Positions 1 to 11,400 of a stretch of 64,000 nucleotides of DNA are shown piece after piece; the stretch's first letter is position 1; each line of letters starts with the position of its first letter. Location of the stretch: NCBI GenBank assembly GCA_964016885.1, contig OZ024744.1, positions 76,384,001-76,448,000 of the forward strand. The letters are read 5' to 3'. The notes beneath the pieces were generated by a model, which worked only from the letters and a program-made list of their open reading frames with translations, did no database searches and was not told the DNA's origin. The position numbers were made by a program, and so were the translations under genes. The DNA comes from Eledone cirrhosa. Lineage: Eukaryota.

Positions 1-89
1 CGCAGAAATGCCCTTTTGTACCGTCCTGTCTTGTCCTGTACTGTCCTTAATGTCTACTTTTTGTAAACCCTTGTGGTTAATAAAGAAAG

Positions 90-120
<31 letters not shown>
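1..120 (+). mobile_element. 3' end (3' UTR and (ATT)n tail) of a Tx1-clade LINE
   Basis: Reverse complement of the Tx1 3' end at 21991-22110 (cgcagaaatgccc...aataaagaaa then ATT repeats); similar to 27736-27870. Confidence 0.75.
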
Positions 121-682
121 TGTATTATTTTTATTTTCCAGTTTACTTTCATAGTAACCATTCTGATTTACATCTCATGGTATTTCTCTTCAGTTTTACT
201 CATTTTCAACTATTTCATTTTTAGTTTATTTTACAGTACTTTATTTTAATTCACGTTATATATTTTTATTATACCATTTGATCGTATCTCTTACATGAAT
301 CCAAACACTTTAAATATAATTTTCTCTTTGTTTTATGAACGTGACTCAACCAATGAGAAAACCACAGTAACAACAGCATCGCACAACCCCCCTCTGTTAT
401 ACACACATGAGAAGAAAAAACAACAACAAACAAACAAATCAACATACAAACAAATAAATAAACAAGCATACAAACAATTTGCTCTTTATTTTCGAGCATG
501 ATTCACCACATCACACGCCTCAACTAATCAGATATGCACATTTGATAACACCAACTTACATTTCACACCCTGAAACTCTACTAATAAGTTGTTATTGGGC
601 TTACGGACTTGACTCAGCATCAATTTTAACCAATCAACCAACAAATCACACTGCATAATTCACTCTCTATTATTTACTTATG

Positions 683-1045
683 ACGCTTTGTAGCATAGTT
701 ATGGCCCTTTACGGCCTGAGTTCAAATCCCGCCGAGGTAAACTTTGCCTTTCATCCTTACGGGGCCGATAAAATAAAGTACCAGTAATGTACTTTCTCCT
801 CCCCGCAAATTACTGGCCTTGTGCCTATACTAGAAATCCTTATTTACTTATGACTATAAGGGTGTTGAGTTGGCAGTATCGGTAGAAGGTCGGACAAGCT
901 TTTCAGCATAGTTACGTCCCTTTACGATCTGAGTTCAAATCCCGCTGAGGTTAACTTTGCCTTTCATCCTTACGGGGGTCGATAAAATAAAGTACCAGTA
1001 ATGTACTGGTTAATTGCTGGCCTTGTGCTAAAAGTAGAAATAATT
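683..1045 (+). mobile_element. Two tandem tRNA-derived SINE copies (family A; first copy 5'-truncated)
   Basis: A-box-like TGGCAGTATCGG, B-box GAGTTCAAATCC and conserved body actttgcctttcatccttacggggtcgataaaataaagtaccag; about 12 copies in the window. Confidence 0.85.
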
Positions 1046-1433
1046 ATTTACTTATGACTCACTACACAGCTCAACCAATCAAAACTAGTCAGATATATCC
1101 TCTAACTTGGATACCCACTCATATACAAATACAGACAAAATAACGTCATGCTATTAATATACACATGCCGCCATGTTTGCATCGGTCTTGTGCATTTAAA
1201 ATATACTTTATAGCTTTCCTATACCTCTTTAAATACTATGTTCTTTTAAATCAGTTTTCCTGATAGAATATTCTATTTATAAATATAATCCCACGTATGT
1301 TAACATCAGTCTCGTAACAACTCGTGAGAATTCAGCTCTAAATAAATTTTATTCAACTTTAGAGTACTGAACATTTTTTTTTTACTTCTTAAGCATTTAT
1401 ACCAATTTGTTCTTCACCCCCCCCCCCCCTCTC

Positions 1434-1474
<41 letters not shown>

Positions 1475-1629
1475 CCCACTCTCTCTCTCTCTCTCTTTCT
1501 CTCCCACTCTCTCTCTTTCTCTCTCACTCTCACTCTCTCTCTTTTCTCTCTCTCTCTCTCTTCTCTCTCACTCTCTCTCTCTTCTTCTCTCTCACTCACT
1601 CTCTATCTTTCTTTCTTTCTCTTGTTCTC

Positions 1630-1674
<45 letters not shown>

Positions 1675-2079
1675 TATGTGTGTGTATGTATGCGTGTATA
1701 TGCGTGTGGGTGTGCACACACATGATTACATATATATATATAGATAGATATATATATACATATATATACATACATACATATATGTATGTATATATATATA
1801 TAGAGAGAGAGAGAATAAGTAAAAGCGAAGTAGTTTCAGATGTTCAAGTCCTTTAATAATAATGCTGTGATATATATTTCACAGAACAGTGTGGCCAGTG
1901 TCGTCATTGAAATATATATCACACGTGAAAATGAGGCTTGTTACATTGGAGTTGCAGCTGAGTACTCACAAGATCATCAGACAAGACTCATGTTTAATGA
2001 TACTTCTAATACATAGGTGAAACCTCAGTGAAACAAGTCACATTACTTAGCCATAATGAAGAATATATATATATACAAA

Positions 2080-2365
2080 GGGTGAAGACCTCTTCGGTCA
2101 CGAATTACCATGGGATTTACACCTAGAAAGTTTTCCCTCCGAAGCACAAGTCCAGACAAAGATGTTTGTGTAAGACCACCAGTCACCCATGCATACCAGT
2201 CCCCCCCCCCCTACACACGCCAGCAATGTAGTTCAAGTGAAAGGCAGTCGCAACTCATTTCTACAACTGAGTGAACTGAAGCAGCGTCAAATACTTCGTC
2301 TTACTCAAGAACAAAACGCAGCACCCGGTCTGGAAATCGAACTCACTACCTCACGACTGAAGGTA
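2080..2365 (-). mobile_element. tRNA-derived SINE (family B, CORE-like central domain)
   Basis: Homologous to 40430-40745; shares the head and central region (cagctgagtgractg...aataaagtgtcttg) with 16790-17080; B-box-like gagttcgatttcc on the minus strand. Confidence 0.7.
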
Positions 2366-2397
2366 GGAAGATCAGTGATGAAGGACTAATTTTATTC

Positions 2398-2473
<76 letters not shown>

Positions 2474-2476
<3 letters not shown>

Positions 2477-2688
2477 AGATGTCAACATGAATGAACCTGT
2501 TATTTTTATCTAAAGACATTTTTTCCAATTCCATCCCACGCGTCACCTCAATCTATCTTATTTCTCATTCTTTCTTCTAATGAACGACTAGAGTCCGAAA
2601 CATTAAGACTCCCTTCCTGCTATATCAAGCGTTAACCTAATATATCCCATCCATATACTGTACCGATTATGTTGTCATTTCTGTTTAC

Positions 2689-2692
<4 letters not shown>
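2474..2692 (+). mobile_element. Penelope-like pseudo-LTR fragment with degenerate minimal hammerhead
   Basis: CTAATGA(2577)...GAAACATT; homologous to 35715-35937 (-), which has an intact CTGATGA...GAAACGTT core; flanked by (TA)n. Confidence 0.55.
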
Positions 2693-2732
<40 letters not shown>

Positions 2733-2985
2733 GTGGGTAATAATAAATATTACCCAATTACACGTATGGAATTAGCACAATGTAAAATACCAAGTATACT
2801 ACAAAGCCAAAGTACAATATAAATGACAATCAAAAAGTGTTTAAAACATTTAATCACTTACGATCGTTTTATCCTAGCACAAGGCCATTTGTGTTTGACA
2901 TTTATCTCCACTTTATCTCTACTCCGAATATCCCGGCCTTGTCATTGGAGAAAACGATCGTAAGTGATACTCTTTGATTGTCATT

Positions 2986-3125
<140 letters not shown>

Positions 3126-3485
3126 AATATATATATATTGGAAAATGTGTGAGATCATTGGTACAGCTAGGTATATTTGAAAAAAAGAAAAAGTATGACT
3201 TCACTTCTAGCGTTAAAAATTTGATTTAATTTTATAATATTATAATATAAAATTAAATCAAATTTTTTAACAAAAGTGAAGTCATTTTTTCCCTTTTTTT
3301 TCAAATATATATATATATATATTGTTATACTTGGGGAGGGTCATATTGTTGTAATATTGCCAGAAATAATAACAGAACACACTCACTGTTTGGTTGGTTT
3401 TCGCTTCTCTATCTTTTATATCTCCATAGTTAATTTATTTAGCAATCAATGTTTATCATTGATTGACCACCAGTTAAAAGTACAG

Positions 3486-3518
<33 letters not shown>

Positions 3519-3522
<4 letters not shown>

Positions 3523-4212
3523 ATCAAAGTTCTTTCGTTGCATATCTGCAACATCATCAGTGGTACTATTATGTTCCCTCCTATTGTATTGTAATGTCTA
3601 TGCCATTTTTATTTTATTTATTTATTTATTTGTTCTTGTCTCTGCGCATTCGATTGCGTGCGTGTATAATGTTTGGTGTGTGTGTTCGCATTTGAGTGTA
3701 TGTGTTATTGTTTTTGTATTCTATCTTTGTTCACCGGTGTGTTTTTATATGTGTTTGTTGTTATTGTGCTTGTTTATATATATATTTATTTATTTATTTA
3801 TTTATATGCTCTTAAGTCAGTACTGTTTGTTTGGGTATGGTTGTTGTTGTTATTCCATTCATTTTTTTCTGTTTAATTTTGGTCTTCTTAGTTCTATCTC
3901 AGTTGCTTCTCTGATTTGCCTATTGTAGAGTCATTTCTATGCTTAGATATTATTTTAATTTCTATGTTGTCTATATTACCATCATGTCTTTGTCTGGCGT
4001 GTTCGTATAGTACTGGACCGTTTTTTTTCCCTTTGCCCCCAGTGTTAGTCTATTCTTTCTCCTATGCTTCGCGCTGTCTCGCCTATGTATGTCGTTGTCA
4101 TGTTTCTGCAAGTATCCTCTGTACATCTTATGCTATAGACTAGATTTACAATTTATCTGAGGGCTCATTTTACATATAACACATTTCTTATTTGTACAGT
4201 GGGTTTTCTTAA
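3519..4212 (-). mobile_element. Penelope-like element 3' fragment: decayed GIY-YIG endonuclease plus hammerhead
   Basis: Manual minus-strand translation across frameshifts gives CTNKKCVIC...NLVYSIRC...TYIGETARSIGER...LYEHARQRH...QIREATEI..RRPKLNRK; downstream HHR core CTGATGA-t-GTTGCA-gata-TGCAAC-GAAA at 3560-3533; bounded by (TA)n. Confidence 0.75.
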
Positions 4213-4324
4213 TATATATATACATTTGTACAGTGGTTCAGAGTTCATGTGATAAGTGTGGCACTGTTTAGAAAATGTTGCCGTGATATCTTGTCAATGT
4301 TCTGTGCAGGCTTTAATATTAATG

Positions 4325-4525
4325 GCGGCAGTATCGGTAGAGGGTCTGACGCCATGCTTTGCAGCATAGAGTTACAGCCCTTTATGATCCGAGTTCAAAT
4401 CCTGCCGAGGTTAACTTTGCCTTTCATCCTTATGGGATCGATAAAATAAAGTACAAGTCGCACACTGGGTCGATTTGATCGACTTTCTCCTATCCTAAAA
4501 TTGCTGGCTTTGCTAAAAGAAACCA
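4325..4525 (+). mobile_element. SINE family A
   Basis: A and B boxes plus conserved body, as at 868-1045. Confidence 0.85.
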
Positions 4526-4787
4526 ATATTAATGGTGGTTATTGCCCTCCTTTAAATTGAAGTTGTTTTAAGAAGAATGTGTTTATATGAACGTGGTAGT
4601 ATATATTTTGTACATTTTTCTTCATCATACTGAAGTCATAGGTTACATTTCTTCGAACCAATTAACTACGGGGCAGAAGTCACGATGATGCTCCAGTTTC
4701 TAAGAATATCACTAATTACATTATCCTTCAGCATCCTGGTTTATTGGGATATTGAAGTTGATTCTAGTATTTTTTTTTATTCTGAAA

Positions 4788-5280
4788 GTATGTGTGTGTG
4801 TGTATGTGAGTGTATGTGTGTGTGTGTGTGTATGTTTGTTTCGTGTGTATGTGATTGTGTGTATGTGTTTGTGTGTTTGTGTGTATGCGTGTGTTTGTGT
4901 GTGTGTGTATGTGTGTGTCTATGTATGTGTGTGTTTGTATGTGTGTGTATGTGTGTGTATGTCTGTGTATGTGTGTGTGTGTATGTGTGTGTATGTGAGT
5001 GTATGTGTTTCTGTGTGTGTGTGTTTGTATGTGTGTTTGTATGTGTGTGTGTATCAGTGTGTGTCTGTATGTGTGTGTATGTGTGTGTGTGTGTGTGTAT
5101 GTGTGTGTGTATGTGTATGTGTGTGTGTGTATGTTTGTGTATGTGTGTGTGTGTGTGTAGGTGCATGTGTGTGTATGTGTTTCTGTGTGTGTGTGTGTAT
5201 GTGTGTCTGTATGTGTGTGTATCAGTGTGTGTATCAGTGTCTGTATGTGTGTGTATGTCTGTCTATGTATATGTGTGCAG
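4788..5280. repeat. Degenerate (GT)n/(GTAT) microsatellite
   Basis: Seen directly; source of the spurious CVCV ORFs. Confidence 0.95.
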
Positions 5281-5423
5281 TATGCATCTGGTTTAAATTC
5301 TTCCTCGGTCGATTATATGTAACTTGTTTTGGTGCCATTTGTAAGGTTCATCTTTACTGTATACATGAGCACTTTTGTGAGAAACATGCTGTTACGTGCT
5401 TTCTGCTGCAGTTGGATGTATTA

Positions 5424-8400
5424 TGGTGTGGTGTGGTGTAGTGTGGTGTAGTGTGGTGTAGTGTAGTGTTGTGTAGTGTGGTTTAGTGTAGTGTGGTGTA
5501 GTGTGATGTAGTGTGGTGTGGTGTGGTGCAGTGTGGTGTGGTGTGGTGTGGTGCAGTGTGGTGTAGTGTGGTGTGGTGTGGTGTAGTGTGGTGTGGGGTG
5601 GTGTAATATGGTGTAGTGTGGTTTGGTGTGGTGTGGTGTAGTGCAGTGTGGTGTAGTGTGGTGTAGTGTGGTGTGGTGTGGTGTGGTGCAGTGTGGTGTG
5701 GCGTGGTGTGGTGTGGTGCAGTGTGGTGTCGTGAGGTGTGGTGCGGTGTGGTGTGGTGTAGTGTTGTGTGGTGTAGTGTGGTGCAGTGTGGTGTGGTGAG
5801 GTGTAGTGTGGTGTAGTGTGGTGTACTGTGGTGTGGTGCGGTGTGGTGTGGTGTAGTGTGGTGTGGTGTAGTGTGGTGTAGTGGGGTGTGGTGAGGTGTA
5901 GTGTGGTGTAGTGCGGTATAGTGTGGTGTGGTGCGGTGTGGTGTGGTGTAGTGTTGTGTGGTGTAGTGTGGTGCAGTGTGGTGTGGTGAGGTGTAGTGTG
6001 GTGTAGTGTGGTGTACTGTGGTGTGGTGCGGTGTGGTGTGGTGTAGTGTGGTGTGGTGTAGTGTGGTGTAGTGTAGTGTGGTGTGGTGTAGTGTGGTCTG
6101 GTGTGGTGTAATATGGTGTAGTGTGGTGTGGTGTAGTGTGGTTTGGTGTGGTGTGGTGTGGTCTGGTGTGGTGTAGTGTGGTATGGTGTGGTGTAGTGTG
6201 GTGTGGTGTGGTGTAGTGTGGTGTAGTGTAGTGTGGTGTGGTGTGGTGTAGTGTGGTGTAGTGTGGTGTGAAGTGGTGTGGTGTAGTGTGGTCTGGCGTA
6301 GTGTAGTGTGGTGTGGCGTGGTGTGGTGTAGTGTGGTGTAGTGTGGTGTAGTGTAGTGTGGTGTAGTGTGGTTTAGTGTAGTGTGGTGTGGTGTAGTGTG
6401 ATGTAGTGTGGTGTGGTGTGGTGCAGTGTGGTGTGGTGTGGTGCAGTGTGGTGTAGTGTGGTGTGGTGTAGTGTGGTGTGGGGTGGTGTAATATGGTGTA
6501 GTGTGGTTTGGTGTGGTGTGGTGTAGTGCAGTGTGGTGTAGTGTGGTGTAGTGTGGTGTGGTGTGGTGTGGTGCAGTGTGGTGTGGCGTAGTGTGGTGTG
6601 GTGCAGTGTGGTGTGGTGAGGTGTAGTGTGGTGTAGTGTGGTGTAGTGTGGTGTGGTGCGGTGTGGTGTGGTGTAGTGTGGTGTGGTGCGGTGTGGTGTG
6701 GTGTAGTGTGGTGTGGTGTAGTGTGGTGTAGTGTGGTGTGAAGTGGTGTGGTGTAGTGTGGTCTGGCGTAGTGTAGTGTGGTGTGGCGTGGTGTGGTGTA
6801 GTGTGGTGTAGTGTAGTGTAGTGTGGTGTAGTGAGGTGTAGTGTGGTGTAGTGTAGTGTGGTGTGGTGTGGTGTAGTGTGGTGTAGTGTTGTGTGAAGTG
6901 GTGTGGTGTAGTGTGGTCTGGCGTAGTGTAGTGTAGTGTGGCGTGGCGTGGTGTAGTGTGGTGTATTGTGGTGTAGTGTAGTGTGGTGTAGTGTGGTTTA
7001 GTGTAGTGTGGTGTGGTGTAGTGTGATGTAGTGTGGTGTAGTGTAGTGTAGTGTAGTGTGGTGTGGTGTGGTGTGGTGTAGTGTGGTGTAGTGTGGTGTA
7101 GTGTGGTGTAGTGTGGTGAGGTGTGGTGTGGTGTAGTGTGGTGTGGTGTGGTGTGGTGTGGTCTGGTGGGGTGTGGTGTGGTGTGCTGTCGTGTGGTGTA
7201 GTGTAGTGTAGTGTAGTGTAGTGTGGTGTGGTGTGGTGTGGTGCGCTGTGGTGTAGTGTGGTCTGGTGGGGTGTGGTGTGGTGTGGTGTGCTGTCGTGTG
7301 GTGTAGTGTAGTGTAGTGTGGTGTGGTGTGGTGCGGTGTGGTGTAGTGTAGTGTAGTGTAGTGTAGTGTAGTGTGGTGTGGTGTGGTGTGGTGCGCTGAG
7401 GCGTAGTGTGGTCTGGCGTAGTGTAGTGTGGTGTGGCGTGGTGTGGTGTAGTGTGGTGTGGTGTAGTGTGGTGTAGTGTGGTGTAGTGTGGTGTAGTGTA
7501 GTGTGGTGTGGTGTAGTGTGGTGTAGTGTGGTGTGAAGTGGTGTGGTGTAGTGTGGTCTGGCGTAGTGTAGTGTGGTGTGGCGTGGTGTGGTGTAGTGTG
7601 GTGTAGTGTGGTGTAGTGTAGTGTTGTGTAGTGTGGTTTAGTGTAGTGTGGTGTGGTGTAGTGTGATGTAGTGTGGTGTGGTGTGGTGCAGTGTGGTGTG
7701 GTGTGGTGTGGTGTAGTGTGGTGTAGTGTGGTGTGGTGTGGTGTAGTGTGGTGTGGGGTGGTGTAATATGGTGTAGTGTGGTTTGGTGTGGTGTGGTGTA
7801 GTGCAGTGTGGTGTAGTGTGGTGTAGTGTGGTGTGGTGTGGTGTGGTGCAGTGTGGTGTGGCGTGGTGTGGTGTGGTGCAGTGTGGTGTGGTGAGGTGTA
7901 GTGTGGTGTAGTGTGGTGTGGTGCAGTGTGGTGTGGTGTAGTGTGGTGTGGTGCGGTGTGGTGTGGTGTAGTGAGGTGTGGTGCGGTGTGGTGTGGTGTA
8001 GTGTGGTGTGGTGTAGTGTGGTGTAGTGTGGTGTGGTGAGGTGTAGTGTGGTGTAGTGCGGTATAGTGTGGTGTGGTGCGGTGTGGTGTGGTGTAGTGTT
8101 GTGTGGTGTAGTGTGGTGCAGTGTGGTGTGGTGAGGTGTAGTGTGGTGTAGTGTGGTGTACTGTGGTGTGGTGCGGTGTGGTGTAGTGTGGTGTGGTGTA
8201 GTGTGGTGTAGTGTAGTGTGGTGTGGTGTAGTGTGGTCTGGTGTGGTGTAATATGGTGTAGTGTGGTGTGGTGTAGTGTGGTTTGGTGTGGTGTGGTGTG
8301 GTGTGGTCTGGTGTGGTGTAGTGTGGTAGGGTGTGGTGTAGTGTGGTGTGGTGTGGTGTAGTGTGGTGTAGTGTAGTGTGGTGTGGTGTAGTGTGGTGTA

Positions 8401-11400
8401 GTGTGGTGTGAAGTGGTGTGGTGTAGTGTGGTCTGGCGTAGTGTAGTGTGGTGTGGCGTGGTGTGGTGTAGTGTGGTGTAGTGTGGTGTAGTATAGTGTG
8501 GTGTAGTGTGCTTTAGTGTAGTGTGGTGTGGTGTAGTGTGATGTAGTGTGGTGTGGTGTGGTGCAGTGTGGTGTGGTGTGGTGCAGTGTGGTGTAGTGTG
8601 GTGTGGTGTGGTGTAGTGTGGTGTGGGGTGGTGTAATATGGTGTAGTGTGGTTTGGTGTGGTGTGGTGTAGTGCAGTGTGGTGTAGTGTGGTGTAGTGTG
8701 GTGTGGTGTGGTGTGGTGCAGTGTGGTGTGGCGTGGTGTGGTGTGGTGCAGTGTGGTGTGGTGAGGTGTAGTGTGGTGTAGTGTGGTGTAGTGTGGTGTG
8801 GTGTGGTGTAGTGTGGTGTGGGGTGGTGTAATATGGTGTAGTGTGGTTTGGTGTGGTGTGGTGTAGTGCAGTGTGGTGTAGTGTGGTGTAGTGTGGTGTG
8901 GTGTGGTGTGGTGCAGTGTGGTGTGGCGTGGTGTGGTGTGGTGCAGTGTGGTGTGGTGAGGTGTAGTGTGGTGTAGTGTGGTGTAGTGTGGTGTGGTTAG
9001 GTGTAGTGTGGTGTAGTGTGGTGTAGTGTGGTGTAGTGTGGTGTGGTTAGGTGTAGTGTGGTGTAGTGTGGTGTAGTGTGGTGTGGTGCGGTGTGGTGTG
9101 GTGTAGTGTTGTGTGGTGTAGTGTGGTGCAGTGTGGTGTGGTGAGGTGTAGTGTGGTGTAGTGTGGTGTACTGTGGTGTGGTGCGCTGTGGTGTGGTGTA
9201 GTGTGGTGTGGTGTAGTGTGGTGTGGTGTAGTATGGTGTGGTGTAGTGTGGTCTGGTGTGGTGTAATATGGTGTAGTGTGGTGTGGTGTAGTGTGGTTTG
9301 GTGTGGTGTGGTGTGGTCTGGTGTGGTGTAGTATGGTATCGTATGGTGTAGTGTGGTGTGGTGTGGTGTGGTGCAGTGTGGTGTAGTGTGGTGTAGTGTG
9401 GTGTAGTGTGGTGAGGTGTGGTGTGGTGTGGTGTGGTCTGGTCTGGTGGGGTGTGGTGTGGTGTGGTGTGGTGTGCTGTCGTGTGGTGTAGTGTAGTGTA
9501 GTGTAGTGTGGTGTGGTGTGGTGTGGTATGGTGTGGTGTAGTATGGTCTGGTGGGGTGTGGTTTAGTGTGCTGTCGTGTGGTGTAGTGTAGTGTAGCGTA
9601 GTGTAGTGTGGTGTGGTGTGGTGTGGTGTAGTGTGGTGTAGTGTGCTGTGGTGTAGTGTGGTTTGGCGTGGTGTGGTGTGGTCTGGTGTGGTGTAGTGTG
9701 GTATGGTATGGTGTAGTGTGGTGTGGTGTGGTGTGGTGCGGTCTGGTGTGGTGTAGTGTGGTATCGTATGGTGTAGTGTGGTGTGGTGTGGTGTGGTGCG
9801 GTGTGGTGTAGTGTGGTGTAGTGTGGTGTAGTGTGGTGAGGTGTGGTGTGGTGTAGTGTGGTGTGGTGTGGTGTGGTCTGGTCTGGTGGGGTGTGGTGTG
9901 GTGTGGTGTGGTGTGCTGTCGTGTGGTGTAGTGTAGTGTAGTGTAGTGTGGTGTGGTGTGGTGTGGTATGGTGTAGTGTGGTGTAGTGTAGTGTGGTGTG
10001 GTGTGGTGCCGTGTGGTGTAGTGTGGTCTGGTGGGGTGTGGTGTGGTGTGGTGTGCTGTCGTGTGGTGTAGTGTAGTGTAGTGTAGTGTAGTGTGGTGTG
10101 GTGTGGTGCGCTGAGGTGTAGTGTGGTCTGGCGTAGTGTAGTGTGGTGTAGCGTGGTGTGGTGTAGTGTGGTGTAGTGTGGTGTAGTGTGGTGTAGTGTG
10201 GTGTAGTGTGGTGTAGTGTAGTGTGGTGTGGTGTGGTGTAGTGTGGTGTAGTGTGGTGTGAAGTGGTGTGGTGTAGTGTGGTCTGGCGTAGTGTAGTGTG
10301 GTGTGGCGTGGTGTGGTGTAGTGTGGTGTAGTGTGGTGTAGTGTAGTGTTGTGTAGTGTGGTTTAGTGTAGTGTGGTGTGGTGTAGTGTGATGTAGTGTG
10401 GTGTGGTGTGGTGCAGTGTGGTGTGGTGCAGTGTGGTGTAGTGTGGTGTGGTGTGGTGTAGTGTGGTGTGGGGTGGTGTAATATGGTGTAGTGTGGTTTG
10501 GTGTGGTGTGGTGTAGTGCAGTGTGGTGTAGTGTGGTGTAGTGTGGTGTGGTGTGGTGCAGTGTGGTGTGGCGTGGTGTGGTGTGGTGCAGTGTGGTGTG
10601 GTGAGGTGTAGTGTGGTGTAGTGTGGTGTAGTGTGGTGTGGTGCAGTGTGGTGTGGTGTAGTGTGGTGTGGTGCGGTGTGGTGTGGTGTAGTGTGGTGTG
10701 GTGCGGTGTGGTGTGGTGTAGTGTGGTGTGGTGTAGTGTGGTGTAGTGTGGTGTGGTGAGGTGTAGTGTGGTGTAGTGCGGTGTAGTGTGGTGTGGTGCG
10801 GTGTGGTGTGGTATAGTGTGGTGCGGTGTAGTGTGGTGTGGTGTAGTGTGGTGTGGTGTAGTGTGGTGCAGTGTGATGTGGTGAGGTGTAGTGTGGTGTA
10901 GTGTGGTGTACTGTGGTGTGGTGCGGTGTGGTGTGGTGTAGTGTGGTGTGGTGTAGTGTGGTGCAGTGTGGTGTGGTGAGGTGTAGTGTGGTGTAGTGTG
11001 GTGTACTGTGGTGTGGTGCGGTGTGGTGTGGTGTAGTGTGGTGTGGTGTAGTGTGGTGTAGTGTAGTGTGGTGTGGTGTAGTGTGGTCTGGTGTGGTGTA
11101 ATATGGTGTAGTGTGGTGTGGTGTAGTGTGGTTTGGTGTGGTGTAGTGTGGACTGGTGGGGTGTGGTGTGGCGTGGTGTGCTGTCGTGTGGTGTAGTGTA
11201 GTGTAGTGTAGTGTAGTGTAGTGTAGTGTGGTGTGGTGTGGTGTGGTGTGGTGTGGTGCGGTATGGTGTAGTGTGGTCTGGTGGGGTGTGGTGTGGTGTG
11301 GTGTGCTGTCGTGTGGTGTAGTGTAGTGTAGTGTAGTGTAGTGTGGTGTGGTGTGGTGTAGTGTGGTCTGGTGGGGTGCAGTGCGGTGCAGTGTAGTTTG

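Noticed and set aside
868-945. tRNA genes suggested by A/B boxes (here and in other copies)
   Set aside because: Each continues into a shared SINE body and lacks a proper cloverleaf; they are SINE heads
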